Source: an uncultured delta proteobacterium (GTDB lineage Bacteria; Desulfobacterota; Syntrophobacteria; BM002). Taken from it: a stretch of 17,354 nucleotides of DNA. Shown here one piece after another: positions 1 to 8,349 of the stretch (the first letter of the stretch is position 1; each line of letters starts with the position of its first letter). The position numbers and the translations under genes were made by a program. The stretch lies in NCBI GenBank assembly GCA_963712115.1, contig CAVQGX010000015.1, positions 1 to 17,354 of the forward strand, written 5' to 3'. The notes under the pieces were generated by a model. It was given only the letters and a program-made list of their open reading frames with translations, was not told the origin of the DNA and made no database searches.

Positions 1-206
1 TGATATTCCCGGTCTCGAGACAACCGAAAAGAACCAAATACCAATATGCATAGACTGATTCCGTTAGACTTACTTTACACAATAATGATATGATACTAAG
101 GTATGTCAGGCTGTTACTGGTTCTTTATGATCAGGGTGCAATACCACTTTTTTTGTTCTGATTTTTTTTGGTCGTGAAGGCACACCAATCGACCCTGGGA
201 AAATAA

Positions 207-401
207 CCCTAATGTTGCAAACCCAAACCGGCAAAAATCGCTTCGCTCGCGTGATAGTCCCGCTTCAGCGGGACGCCCATGCTCAGCTCAGACAGGATCT
301 CACGTACGGTCAAGTACTGTTCATCCTGTCCGAGCCTGCGCGCGACCACATCTGGCGCGCTCTGACGCGTTTTTTCTCGACGTGGGTCTGCAACATTAGG
401 G
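207..401. mobile_element. MITE-like element 1 (195 bp)
   Basis: 19-bp terminal inverted repeats CCCTAATGTTGCAAACCCA (207-225) / TGGGTCTGCAACATTAGGG (383-401), 1 mismatch. Flanked by direct repeat ATAA (203-206, 402-405). Internal hairpins include GTCCCGC-TTCA-GCGGGAC and GCTCAGACAGGAT...ATCCTGTCCGAGC. No transposase. Confidence 0.75.
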
Positions 402-555
402 ATAAATCACCGCTGCAAATATAGCCGTTATCACCTCTTCTGGCGATCATCTTGAGTCTAGGTAACGGGCGCATAATCAGATTCCCGGATAAATTGCCTG
501 ACATGTCTTTCGACGTTAAAGTGTATTTGGGGATGCATCTATGATTCTCTTATTT

Positions 556-779
556 GAGACTGTTCAATAATTCAGTCTTTGAATGCCTTAAAGCTTTGAC
601 TTACCTGGATCCCCGCCTACGCGGGGATGACGGGCGATCGCATACTGTCGTCATTCCCGCGAAAGTGGGAATCTAGGGCATTGGCAGAGTTTTACCGATA
701 ATTTCTTGGGGGTAACTATCCAAAACATGGTGTTTTAACTATTTGATTTGTCTGTTTAAAAAAAATATTGAACAGTCTC
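556..779. mobile_element. MITE-like element 2 (224 bp) carrying a REP doublet
   Basis: Perfect 14-bp terminal inverted repeats GAGACTGTTCAATA (556-569) / TATTGAACAGTCTC (766-779), flanked by 5-bp direct repeat TATTT (551-555, 780-784). Confidence 0.8.
604..677. repeat. Inverted pair of REP-like palindromes (GTCATYCCCGCG..GYGGGRATCYAG type)
   Basis: CCTGGATCCCCGCCTACGCGGGGATGACG (604-632) and CGTCATTCCCGCGAAAGTGGGAATCTAGG (649-677) are near reverse complements, and each is itself a hairpin. The second contains ATTCCC-N8-GGGAAT, the Neisseria dRS3 core pattern. Confidence 0.75.
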
Positions 780-791
780 TATTTATAGTTA

Positions 792-1050
792 GTACTCATC
801 CGGAAATACAACCATCTGCTCCCCCTTGACGGGGGAGGATGAAGTAGGGGGTGATTAAATAATTGGTATTTTAATCACTTATTCTTTCCCCCTCCCCCCG
901 CCCGCCTCGCCCGTCCGCCTCGCCTAGCTTGGCTGGAGGGCGGGCCTGAGCGAGCAGGCTCGCGATGGCGGGCAGGCTTAATCCCCTCCGACTCGGCCGA
1001 GCTCGTCGCGGGCCGCCAAGAAAGGGGAAAGGAAATTTCCGGATTGACAT
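792..1050. mobile_element. MITE-like element 3 with nested GC-rich palindromes
   Basis: Inverted ends with a perfect 10-bp core ATCCGGAAAT (798-807) / ATTTCCGGAT (1035-1044). Flanked by TAGTTA(G) direct repeat (786-791/792, 1051-1056/1057). Internal hairpin CTCCCCC-TTGAC-GGGGGAG and a very GC-rich insert at about 896-1016. Confidence 0.6.
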
Positions 1051-1183
1051 TAGTTAGAAGATCCGATCTGCTGACTTGTAGTCGAAGAGGGATGATTGGT
1101 TAACCTGCAATACTGGGACTGCTACCACTGTGAAAGACTTCACTGAAGACGGAGTAGGCCCGTTTGGTCCGAAAGGAAAGCAG

Positions 1184-1693
1184 ATGTCAATGGTTACCCA
1201 GAGGTTAGTTTTGTCAGTCCACAATTATCAGGAATATTCCATACAATGTAAAAGGCTCTTTCAAGCTCTTAGAAAAATAGCGCATTTTGTCCTTGCTATG
1301 ACGCTAACAGGTTTCCTATTTGGGTCCAACGGTTGCGCTACCTCCCCTGAAGAGTCAAAGAGAGCTTTACCCCCAAGAGGTGATCTGGAGAGATATCTGC
1401 AAACTGCTGATCATTTAGATGATGAGCAGAAAAAGCAGATGGCAAGCCGCCAACCTTTTGTTGGTATGACCCTCGAAGAGGCGAACCTTGCGATGCGCAA
1501 GGAATCTACCGAGCTAAATGTTTCTGGAGCAGCAATGCAGGCCGTTTATGTGGGCGGCTCGGGGGCGCGCTACTACCTCTATTTTGAGGGTGATCCTCCA
1601 CGAGTGGTGAAGTGGACCGCTATTTCTGATGACGAGATTAAGCTCACGGACCCAGAGCTGCTCCGCCCCTCTCCACCTCTGCGCCCATTTTAG
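1184..1693 (+). CDS. Hypothetical putative lipoprotein, possible SmpA/BamE-like small domain
   Basis: ORF 1130-1693. ATG at 1184 follows AAAGGAAAG (true start uncertain). Hydrophobic stretch ends in atypical lipobox FGSNG-C. C-terminal GMTLEEA...Y...YYLYFEG...VVKW pattern resembles SmpA/OmlA-like folds. Pro-rich tail. Confidence 0.65.
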   Translation: MSMVTQRLVLSVHNYQEYSIQCKRLFQALRKIAHFVLAMTLTGFLFGSNGCATSPEESKRALPPRGDLERYLQTADHLDDEQKKQMASRQPFVGMTLEEANLAMRKESTELNVSGAAMQAVYVGGSGARYYLYFEGDPPRVVKWTAISDDEIKLTDPELLRPSPPLRPF

Positions 1694-2149
1694 AATTTGA
1701 TTTGGTAAGGCTGTATCGGAGGTCGCAGCAAGCCATTCGTGAATTTTGCGGGCTACAGACTTTTGGTCGAATTTTCGGGTTGTGATGCAAGCCCTGGCCC
1801 TAACCGCTACTATACTCGGGCAGAAAAATGGAAAAATCCCTGGCCAATAGCAGGAGTTTCCTCAACTCTTGCTCTTTTGGGATTGGATGAAGTGCCTCAG
1901 ACATCCCCAATGAGCAACAAGTCACTGCCAAGGGCAGGGTAAACTGCCTAGCATTCGGTGCAACCAATGTGGGGCTTTTTTGCCTGCAATGCCTACAATC
2001 TGTGCCAGCTCTAAGCTCTGCTATTGATGATGGTAGCGACCATGGTTCTTTGCTGTGGAACTTACTCTGGCCATCGCACATAGTCACCAGGTCAATGAGG
2101 CAAGTCCCAAAGAGCAGAGGTGGTGAATTAGTTCTGGTAGTCTTATAAA

Positions 2150-2179
2150 TTGACAAGGGAGTCGGAAATAGTATAGATT
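2150..2179 (+). promoter_or_regulatory. Candidate sigma-70 promoter upstream of tpsA
   Basis: Perfect TTGACA (2150-2155), then TATAGA (16-bp spacer) or TAGATT (18-bp spacer), in AT-rich context about 640 bp before the tpsA start. Confidence 0.3.
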
Positions 2180-2819
2180 ATTTCAATAATTTTCCATATC
2201 TTTTCAGATATCTTTATAGTTGAGCAATTTCGGAACGTAAGAGAATACCCTGAGGTGTTCTTATTCAACTCTTAATAAAAGCCTCAGTCTCGCCGCGAGT
2301 AAATCTCGAGATGATTGGATGAGACACGCGATGAGACTTCTCAGCCTATGGATAATAGATAATCTCTTTGAACTTTACTCTAATTGAAGCAGGGTAGGAT
2401 ATAAACATCTGTCTAATTTAGCCTCTCTCTAGCTGTCTCTTTTACCACTGGCAATTAGTGTTTCAATCCAAAATCCAAAATGATTTTCCCCAAGGAGATG
2501 TTCCTTGACAGTAACTCTAATCTGGTCCTTGATAGGCTCAACTAGAAAACCCCCAAAGTGGGAAGGTAGCCCGAGAGTGCTGGCTCAATGTTACTGAGAA
2601 TTCCCATAGAACTACCAAACTTTAATCCTATGTTTTCTGATTCTGTTCTGGAGTATTTTAGCTTATCGGACTCCTGTGGTCTGAAGCAGGTTTAGTTGAA
2701 ACGAATGGTTTCTATAACAAGATCACCTTGAGGGAGATTAAGGTGTCTGCCGGCATACCCATGACCTCTCATTATAGTTTGTGAACAAAAAATAGCCCTA
2801 GAAGTCAAAGGAGAAGGAT

Positions 2820-5570
2820 ATGCTCTCCCAAAAAGCTCGTCAGTACCCAATTAGCATATTAAAGAAGTCACTTTTCATAAGTGCATTTCTGATTCAAATA
2901 ATCATACCCGCCCGCGGCCATGCCCAATCCGCGATAACCTCCGACGGCACCATGAATACTACGGTCACATTTGATCAAGGAAACTATACCATCAGCGATG
3001 GTACGATCAAAGGGAGCAACCAATTCCATAGCCTCGGTCGTTTCAATGTGCCGACTGAAGAAAGTGCGACTTTCACCGGCCCTCAGACAATTGAGAATAT
3101 TATCAGTAGGGTTACGGGGGGGGAGGTTTCGGAAATTGACGGCCGCATTAGCTCAGAGATCGACGGGGCGAATTTGTTTCTAGTTAATCCCACCGGAATC
3201 CTTTTTGGACCTAACGCCACTTTGGATGTAAAAGGGTCGTTCCATGCCAGCACAGCAGATTTCGTTAGGCTTTCGGACGGCGGGATTTTCTACGCCGACC
3301 CGGGGGGTAACAGTACGCTAACAGTGACCTCGCCGGCAGCTTTCGGGTTTCTCGATGGGAATCCGGCAGGGATTACCATCCAAGGAAGCGCGCTCGAGGT
3401 GCCAGAGGGCAAGACCTTGTCGGTTGTGGGCGGGGATATTGAGATTAAGGGTGATAGTTCTTTCGCTAGTGCAAGTCTAACTGCATTGAGTGGACAGATT
3501 AACATTGCGAGCGTTGCATCACCAGGCGAAGTCATTCCAAACACTTCGGGTGAGGCCCCAGACATACAAGTTGAGTCGTTTGAGCACCTTGGGGAGATTG
3601 CTTTGGCCCAGGGTGCACTTATCAACGCCGGCGGTGACAGTGGAGGCACCATTGTTATTCGAGGTGGACGTTTGATGATAGACAACGCGTTTGTTCTTGC
3701 TCACACGGGGGACGTTGATGGTTCCAGTACCGGGATCGACATTGATGTAACGGACAGTTTGACCATCGTCAATGGCGGTGGTCTGGGGGCAAACAGTTAC
3801 GGAGCTGGAGATGCTGGGGAAATAAGGATCAAGGCCGGGAGCATCAAAATGCTAGGAGTTCTTCAGACGCCGTACTACTCCTCCTCTTTTATCGGAAGCC
3901 AGGTACTGGCTTCAGGTGACAGCGGTGATATACGTATAGAAACCGGCAATCTGGAAATCCGGGATGCATCTGTTATTACCACCACTTCATGGAATAGCCA
4001 AGGGGGGAATGCCGGCAACTTGGAAGTGATTGCAGATAGCGTGCTCATCGCTGGACCTGAGAGTTCGCCCGACCCCTTTGTGACAGACTTTACAGGTATG
4101 GACACCTCATCAGGATGGGCGGCCGGAAACGGCGGAGATTTGAGCATCACTACCGATAATTTGACAATGACGAATAGAGCCTCACTGGATGGTAGCGCCT
4201 ACGGGCCAGGTCGAGGCGGTGACATGACAATAAATGCAGGCAATGTGGAGGTGCTAAAAGGCTCAGCCATGATTGCCAGTGCATTCGGTTCAGGGGATGG
4301 AGGAAATTGTACGGTGACCGCAGACCGAGTATTTATCTCTGGTGTAAGTCCTGAAATCTTTACAGATATAACTGGGACCCAATCACTATCACCCTCGGGT
4401 ATAGCTTCCCAAACCGGTCTTAATGGTGGAAGTGCTGGCGGAGTGAAGATTGTGGCGGACAGTTTGGAAATTTCCGACGGCGGCAGGCTATCTGTCGAAA
4501 CATTCGGTCCTGGGGACGGCGGCAGCGTCGAAGTGGAAGCCGGCAACGTGCTTATATCTGGGGTAAACCCTGATCTCAGAGACTTACTGATTAGTAACGA
4601 CGCTAATCCTAAGTACGCAGCCGCAAGCATTTTGTCCGGTTCAGGCAGTTTCTACTTGGGTGACGGAGCAACGGGACAAGGTGGTAATATTAAAATTAAG
4701 GCTGAAGACATTGAATTAAGCGATGGGGCGCTGATTTCCAGCGAGACCGAAACTCCGGGAGATGGGGGTTTTATAGAGATCGAAGCAGATAATGTGACAC
4801 TTTCCGGTGGAGCCTCGATTGCGTCTGAAAGCAGGGTAGCCTTCGCCACACTCACCGGAAAGGCCGGCAACATCTCGATCACAGCTAATGAAACATTCAG
4901 CAGTGACGACAGTTCTGTCATCACTTCCGCTGAGCAGGCAGAAGGTGGCAATATCACCATCACTTCCCGCGAGGTGCTACTGACCAATGGATCCTTGATC
5001 TCGGCCGAAAGCTCTGGCCCGGGCGACGCCGGCAATATCACTCTTACCGCCACCGATATGTTTCACATGAAAGACAGCTCCCTAACTACTGAGGCCAAAC
5101 GAGCTGATGGGGGTAATATAAAGATTAATACAGACTACATGGTCCATCTTGTTGGCAGTGAGATAACCGCTACTGTTGGCGGTGGCCCCGAGACTGTTGG
5201 AGGTAATATCAACATAGATCCGGAGTTCGTTATTCTGGATAATAGCAAAATCATCGCTAATGCCTTTGAGGGCAGGGGTGGAAACATACGAATCGTTGCC
5301 GGCACTTTTCTGGCCGACCCAAACAGCATAGTGGATGCATCGTCTGCCAAGGGCATCGATGGTACAGTTGAAATCCGTGCGCCGGTCAAGGACATAAGCC
5401 AGAAGCTTAAACCTTTACCGAGGAATGTATTACGGGCCAGAGACCTTATTCACGAACCATGCATTGCGCGGCTTTACGGGGGGGAATATAGCAGTTTTGT
5501 CGTCAGCGGGCGCGACGGCTTGCCACTCGAGCCAGGTGGGTTGCTACCCAGTCCGCTCCAGTTGGAATGA
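2820..5570 (+). CDS. TpsA: filamentous haemagglutinin N-terminal (TPS) domain beta-helical exoprotein, cyanobacterial type
   Basis: RBS AAAGGAG. Sec signal ends ARGHA|Q (residue 35). TPS motifs NQFHSLGRFNV, NIISRVTGG and NLFLVNPTGILFGPNA. About 16 G-x-[AG]-G-x-I-x-I beta-helix repeats. C-terminal C..SSFVVSGRDGLP..P motif. Confidence 0.93.
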   Translation: MLSQKARQYPISILKKSLFISAFLIQIIIPARGHAQSAITSDGTMNTTVTFDQGNYTISDGTIKGSNQFHSLGRFNVPTEESATFTGPQTIENIISRVTGGEVSEIDGRISSEIDGANLFLVNPTGILFGPNATLDVKGSFHASTADFVRLSDGGIFYADPGGNSTLTVTSPAAFGFLDGNPAGITIQGSALEVPEGKTLSVVGGDIEIKGDSSFASASLTALSGQINIASVASPGEVIPNTSGEAPDIQVESFEHLGEIALAQGALINAGGDSGGTIVIRGGRLMIDNAFVLAHTGDVDGSSTGIDIDVTDSLTIVNGGGLGANSYGAGDAGEIRIKAGSIKMLGVLQTPYYSSSFIGSQVLASGDSGDIRIETGNLEIRDASVITTTSWNSQGGNAGNLEVIADSVLIAGPESSPDPFVTDFTGMDTSSGWAAGNGGDLSITTDNLTMTNRASLDGSAYGPGRGGDMTINAGNVEVLKGSAMIASAFGSGDGGNCTVTADRVFISGVSPEIFTDITGTQSLSPSGIASQTGLNGGSAGGVKIVADSLEISDGGRLSVETFGPGDGGSVEVEAGNVLISGVNPDLRDLLISNDANPKYAAASILSGSGSFYLGDGATGQGGNIKIKAEDIELSDGALISSETETPGDGGFIEIEADNVTLSGGASIASESRVAFATLTGKAGNISITANETFSSDDSSVITSAEQAEGGNITITSREVLLTNGSLISAESSGPGDAGNITLTATDMFHMKDSSLTTEAKRADGGNIKINTDYMVHLVGSEITATVGGGPETVGGNINIDPEFVILDNSKIIANAFEGRGGNIRIVAGTFLADPNSIVDASSAKGIDGTVEIRAPVKDISQKLKPLPRNVLRARDLIHEPCIARLYGGEYSSFVVSGRDGLPLEPGGLLPSPLQLE

Positions 5571-5678
5571 GGAATTCGGGCCAGTAGTTCTTTTGCCCTC
5601 ATGGATCTTAACTATTTTGCGCGAAGAGAGAATTACAGTACCTAAAGCCGCAGGCAAGACGTACGCGTCGATGAGAGT

Positions 5679-7469
5679 ATGAGAAAAATGGACTATGATC
5701 TGCACCAAGTGATTTGCGGCTTTTTAACTATTACGAATAGTAAAGGAGAAAAAATCAGTGATCGGCACATAATCTCCTGGCATGGTAGACTTGCGCAGTC
5801 CCTTTTTTTAGTGCTTTTTATCGCTTTAATATTCTCTCCTCCAGTCCCCGCACAGGTAGAACGGCAAGAACCCCTCGACCCACCAACGAGCACGGGGTTG
5901 CCACTGGCTTCCGATGACTCTGGACCTGAGACAATGCAGTTACCCCTTGAGCGTGTCTTTGTGCGGAAGATAGTTTTAACTGGAAGTACAGTTTTTTCAG
6001 AGGATGAGCTAGCTAAAGTTACAACTCCCTATGTCAATCGAGAGCTTACCAGCGAGGATTTAGAGGAACTTCGGCGTGCCCTAACGATCTATTATATTGA
6101 AAGAGGGTATGTGAACTCCGGCGCAATAATCCCTGACCAGAACATAAGAGATGGCCTAATCAGGTTTCATATCATCGAGGGTGAATTGACAAACATTGAG
6201 CTGGAGGGGAACAAATGGTTTAGGTCAAGCTACATAGAAAATCGTCTTGCCCTAGGAGTCGAGCCGCCTTTGAACATAAGTCCTTTACAGAAACGGCTTC
6301 AGCTCTTGCAGCAAGATGAGCGGATACAGCGGCTGAACGCTGAGCTAAGGCCTGGCGTGAAACCAGGCGAAAGTGTCCTGAAAGTAGGTGTTAAAGAAAA
6401 GATGCCCTACAAAACCTCGGTAGTTTTCGATAATTACCAGTCCCCGTCTGTGGGAGCTGAAAATATCAAGCTTAACATCGCCCCTCAGAACTTGACTGGA
6501 AATGGCGACATCCTAGATCTCACCGTGGGAGGTTCGGAAGGTCTCAAGCCTTTATTAGAAGCTCGCTATTCTATCCCCGTAACTGCCTACGATACGACTA
6601 TGGCTTTGCGGTACAAGCATACTCACTATGAGGTTGTGGAAAGACCTTTTGATGATCTGGATATTGAGAGTGATACGGACTATTACACGATCGGTCTCTA
6701 TCATCCATTCTACCGTAGTTTAAATCATAAATTCACCATGGGACTCGTCGGAGAGCATATTCGGAACAAGACGTACCTGTTGGGCGAACCGTTTTCATTT
6801 TCACCAGGTGCTGAAAACGGTAAATATAACCAGACAGCTTTGCGATTCATTCAGGAATACACCTATCGCAGCCAGAGGCAGGCGATAGCGGCCCGGTCTC
6901 GTTTCACCTTGGGCATTGATGCACTCGACGCAACGACCAGTGAAGACTCTTCGGTCCCGGACAGTGAGTTTTTTGCCTGGTTGGGTCAATTTCAGTGGGC
7001 TGGGATTTGGGGAGACCTTGGCATTGAGACGATCTTTCGAACCGATGTACAATTAGTAAATGATTCTCTCTTGGCGGTCGAATTGATTTCAACTGGTGGA
7101 AGATATAGTGTCCGTGGGTATCGCGAGAGCACCTTTGTGAGGGACAATGCTGTAATTGCTCAATTTGAAACCCGCCTTCCTTTATTTCGAAATAGATGGT
7201 GGGCAGATTACATACAGCTTGTACCTTTTGTGGATTACGGCCGTGGATGGAACGAGGATCTTCCCACCCGCGGCCGCAAGACAATTTACAGTGCTGGAAT
7301 AGGTCTCAGGTGGAGGGCGACTTGGGAAATATCTCCTACTGAGAAATTGAGGCCACGCTTCGAGATCTATTGGGGGCATAAGTTTAAAGATGTTGACTAC
7401 CCGTCGGACGAAGATGATCTTCAGGACGATGGCATTCACTTACAGTTTGCTATCTCAGCAGGAATCTAG
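5679..7469 (+). CDS. TpsB: ShlB/FhaC/HecB family two-partner secretion outer-membrane transporter
   Basis: Signal peptide (...PPVPA|Q; true start may be downstream). POTRA motifs (GSTVFSEDEL...LTIYYIERGYVNSGA...IIEG). Alternating beta-barrel strands. Conserved loop-6 motif GGRYSVRGYRE. Immediately downstream of TpsA. Confidence 0.93.
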   Translation: MRKMDYDLHQVICGFLTITNSKGEKISDRHIISWHGRLAQSLFLVLFIALIFSPPVPAQVERQEPLDPPTSTGLPLASDDSGPETMQLPLERVFVRKIVLTGSTVFSEDELAKVTTPYVNRELTSEDLEELRRALTIYYIERGYVNSGAIIPDQNIRDGLIRFHIIEGELTNIELEGNKWFRSSYIENRLALGVEPPLNISPLQKRLQLLQQDERIQRLNAELRPGVKPGESVLKVGVKEKMPYKTSVVFDNYQSPSVGAENIKLNIAPQNLTGNGDILDLTVGGSEGLKPLLEARYSIPVTAYDTTMALRYKHTHYEVVERPFDDLDIESDTDYYTIGLYHPFYRSLNHKFTMGLVGEHIRNKTYLLGEPFSFSPGAENGKYNQTALRFIQEYTYRSQRQAIAARSRFTLGIDALDATTSEDSSVPDSEFFAWLGQFQWAGIWGDLGIETIFRTDVQLVNDSLLAVELISTGGRYSVRGYRESTFVRDNAVIAQFETRLPLFRNRWWADYIQLVPFVDYGRGWNEDLPTRGRKTIYSAGIGLRWRATWEISPTEKLRPRFEIYWGHKFKDVDYPSDEDDLQDDGIHLQFAISAGI

Positions 7470-7506
7470 TTCTCGGAGAGGCTCCGGAGCGATCGGCAGG
7501 AAATTA

Positions 7507-8346
7507 TTATTCACCTGAGCTACGCTGTTTAAGATCATATTGGGCTATTTGCTCTAAGCCCACCTGCTCAAGCAAAGAAGCCCTCTGTTGCCTATAGAGT
7601 GTGTCATCCGGCGCGGTTTCTATCAGATCAGAGACTGCAGAAAAAGCGTCATACCAAAGCCCCGCCTCCGCATAAATATGTGCAGCTCTCGTCCTATCTG
7701 TCTCGGCCAACTTCGCTCTTAAGTCCTGAGTGAACTCAACGCGTTCAACCGCTCCCCAGGCAAGGATGTCCTTTGAACGACGGTCATAATCGGGGACCAT
7801 TGCTACGAACCATTTGTAGTTAACACCTGGCTGGAGACTTACATCAAAGTCAGCTAATCGTATGCGCTGTATCCCAGGCTGTTTCGGGGAAGGGATGCGT
7901 TTTTCTAAAATAGGATATATAGCCTGATCCAAGATAAGGGTAAACTCGATAGAATGGGGCACAGTTTCCGCGAGAAACCAGTACAAGACAGGTTGTGCTT
8001 GAACTGTCTGACCAGCATGATCTGGCGAAAGTACGACCAACATGGAAGGAAATTCATCGAAAATACCCCTGCTACCACCTGCTATCCGACCAACCGGAGC
8101 GCCACGCAAAGGAGGTCTGTAAACTGGCATACTAATTGGTGTTACCGGTCCTTTTTTCTTTTCTCCCTCTGAGGGTAGAAATGGCTCCCTACCCTTAAAA
8201 TCCTGAGAATCACTAGTTGCGGGGGTTTCTACTTTTGCTCCTTGCTTAGCTCTTTCTGTTTGGTCACTTGCTTGAACCATCGGCAAGGACAGAAGTAAAC
8301 TAAAACCGCCAGTTAGTATCAAAGCTAAAGCAGTGGCGTTTTTCAT
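7507..8346 (-). CDS. Exported DUF928 domain protein
   Basis: Signal peptide ends MVQA. Characteristic YRPPLRGAPVGRIAGGSRG, QPVLYWF, LQPGVNYKW and YAEAGLWYDA...LLEQVGL motifs. Starts 3 bp after the cyclase stop. Confidence 0.88.
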   Translation of the reverse strand: MKNATALALILTGGFSLLLSLPMVQASDQTERAKQGAKVETPATSDSQDFKGREPFLPSEGEKKKGPVTPISMPVYRPPLRGAPVGRIAGGSRGIFDEFPSMLVVLSPDHAGQTVQAQPVLYWFLAETVPHSIEFTLILDQAIYPILEKRIPSPKQPGIQRIRLADFDVSLQPGVNYKWFVAMVPDYDRRSKDILAWGAVERVEFTQDLRAKLAETDRTRAAHIYAEAGLWYDAFSAVSDLIETAPDDTLYRQQRASLLEQVGLEQIAQYDLKQRSSGE

Positions 8347-8349
8347 CGC

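Noticed and set aside
212-504. Short ORFs 212-424 (+) and 310-504 (-)
   Set aside because: They overlap MITE 1 and have no recognisable motifs.
1739-2156. ORFs 1739-1942 (+) and 1800-2156 (-)
   Set aside because: Non-ATG starts, mutually overlapping, no protein-like features.
3290-5395. Several 60-143 aa minus-strand ORFs
   Set aside because: Antisense shadows of the repetitive Gly/Ser-rich tpsA.
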